Positions 62,331-64,000 of a DNA stretch of 64,000 nt are shown here, one piece after another; the stretch's first letter is position 1; each line of letters opens with the position of its first letter. Source of the stretch: Octopus sinensis (lineage: Eukaryota). Position numbers and translations under genes: made by a program. The DNA lies in NCBI RefSeq assembly GCF_006345805.1, contig NC_043005.1, forward strand, positions 46,500,001-46,564,000. Direction: 5' to 3'. The notes beneath the pieces were generated by a model. The model was not told the DNA's origin, ran no database searches, and saw nothing but the letters and a program-made list of their open reading frames with translations.

Positions 62331-64000
62331 AGGATTCTTCTAAGTCTGCTGCTACTTGCGATAGACGCCTGCAAAGAAAGGGCGTAAAAGTCTAATATGT
62401 ATGCATAAAGCTCATAAAACTGTTCATCCACATAAAGTGATTTGTCCATCGCAACTCCATACACTGCCAACTGTATCTTACAAGCTATTATATATATATA
62501 TATATAAAACTAACTCCAACTTTATTACTGAGTGCTGCAATAGTCCGTCGAGATTATTACCAATGTCTCTCGTCTCCGGTCCACCACTAATTTTTAAAAC
62601 ATTGGGTAAATTGTTGTTAGAAAACTGTACACATTTTCATTATGTCTTTGTTTTCAATGTGCATTGCTCCTACATCGAATCATCAAATCTTGTCTTCACC
62701 ACAGCCTCTCATCCTTTCGAGGTCGATAAGATAAAGTAACAGTTAAGTATTGGGAATCGACTGTTTTTTCTTCCAAGATTTAAGTTCTTGTTTTTATGGT
62801 AGGAACCAATAATGATATAAAAATAAAGAAATCTAAAATATAATAAGAACTCATATTGTTGTATTTTTCTTAATAAAAGTTAACGGGGTGGAGGCATTGT
62901 AGCGTAATATGTATCATATTATTAATCTTTGAGGTAAAATCGAGTGGCGTTTTACAGTATACCATGAGAAATACTTTAAATAGAATACTATAGAATACAA
63001 ATTAGAATAGCAACATAAGTGTTCGAGATCATGTTTGTGTACCGATATTGAAATAATCATCAAAGTATTTAGCATGAAAAATTATTAATTATATTTCCTC
63101 CTTCTAAAAACAGAAAACTACATTATAAGATTCTATGAATCGATAAAGAAAATAATTCTAATAGTTATAGATGACCAAAAGTAGACAAAATTAAAATCGC
63201 CTGATCCGTTGTAGGACTGGAATGAGAAGAAGCACACATATTTTTATATGTGAGTGACACTATTGATAATTAATTGAAATAATTTAAAAAGCAGGAATCA
63301 GTTCTGTTTGTGTCTGTTGAACTTTGTGTAGTTTCTGACTGTCTGACACTAAACTAATATGTCAATATCTATATTACACATATAGCTATAATAATTCATT
63401 TTTAGTTTTAAAAACTTATTTATTAAAACAAATAACAGCACCATTAATTTCTCCATAATGGTTAATTTATACATACTCCGTTTTGTTAGCCACCTATTAT
63501 TCTCCCGCAAAAGTGCTTTAATATCGTATGTAATAGCAATCTTATATGTAATATCAATATGTCAGTGTTTAGTATTTAAACACTGACTTTCCCCACCTAA
63601 ATCATTTATTCTTATATAAAAATAGTAATCACTGTACTCTCAGCTCTAGTTGTCTTAAAACTGCGCGCGTACGCACACAGAAACACACATTCGCACACAG
63701 TGACTACATACAATGCTTCTTATTACATTTTACTATACTTTAATGCCTTCGAACAAGCTACAAACTTCTGTACTTGTAATCATCTCTCGTTTACATCGAT
63801 CGCACGTCTGTTTCTAACACATGACCCCCACCTACCAGACCACTTCCTTTCTGCTATCCCCAAGCGAGTGCTTCAGTTAAAAACGAAAACATTTCATTTA
63901 AAGAGGATCTGTTAGTATTCCTCGGTTACTTTCCTTTATCTGTTAACAGACAATTAAACCATTGAACTCACAAGAAGTTCGAGCACGAAACTAACAGCCT

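Overview
AT-rich, extremely microsatellite-dense animal DNA that reads as intergenic or intronic sequence of a coleoid cephalopod, most likely Octopus (inferred from the repeat landscape, not from a database match). No intact protein-coding gene can be supported. Almost every ORF in the supplied track is a translated microsatellite or a decayed transposon fragment. The window holds dozens of tRNA-derived SINE copies (working names A, B and C), decayed LINEs (CR1, RTE x2, Tx1/L1 x2, restriction-like-endonuclease R4/Dong-type x2, RNase H-bearing I-group), Tc1/mariner remnants and MITEs, Helitron-like elements and a Penelope-like GIY-YIG fragment. The most striking signal is a set of palindromic elements carrying minimal type I hammerhead-ribozyme folds. 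One (5932-6512) has two divergent tRNA-derived Pol III heads, each followed by (AAT)n and a hammerhead whose stem II covaries between arms; this looks like a Penelope-mobilised SINE/retrozyme hybrid. A few weak host-exon candidates are flagged at low confidence. Repeat boundaries were set by eye and are approximate (about +/-20 bp) unless exact motifs are quoted.
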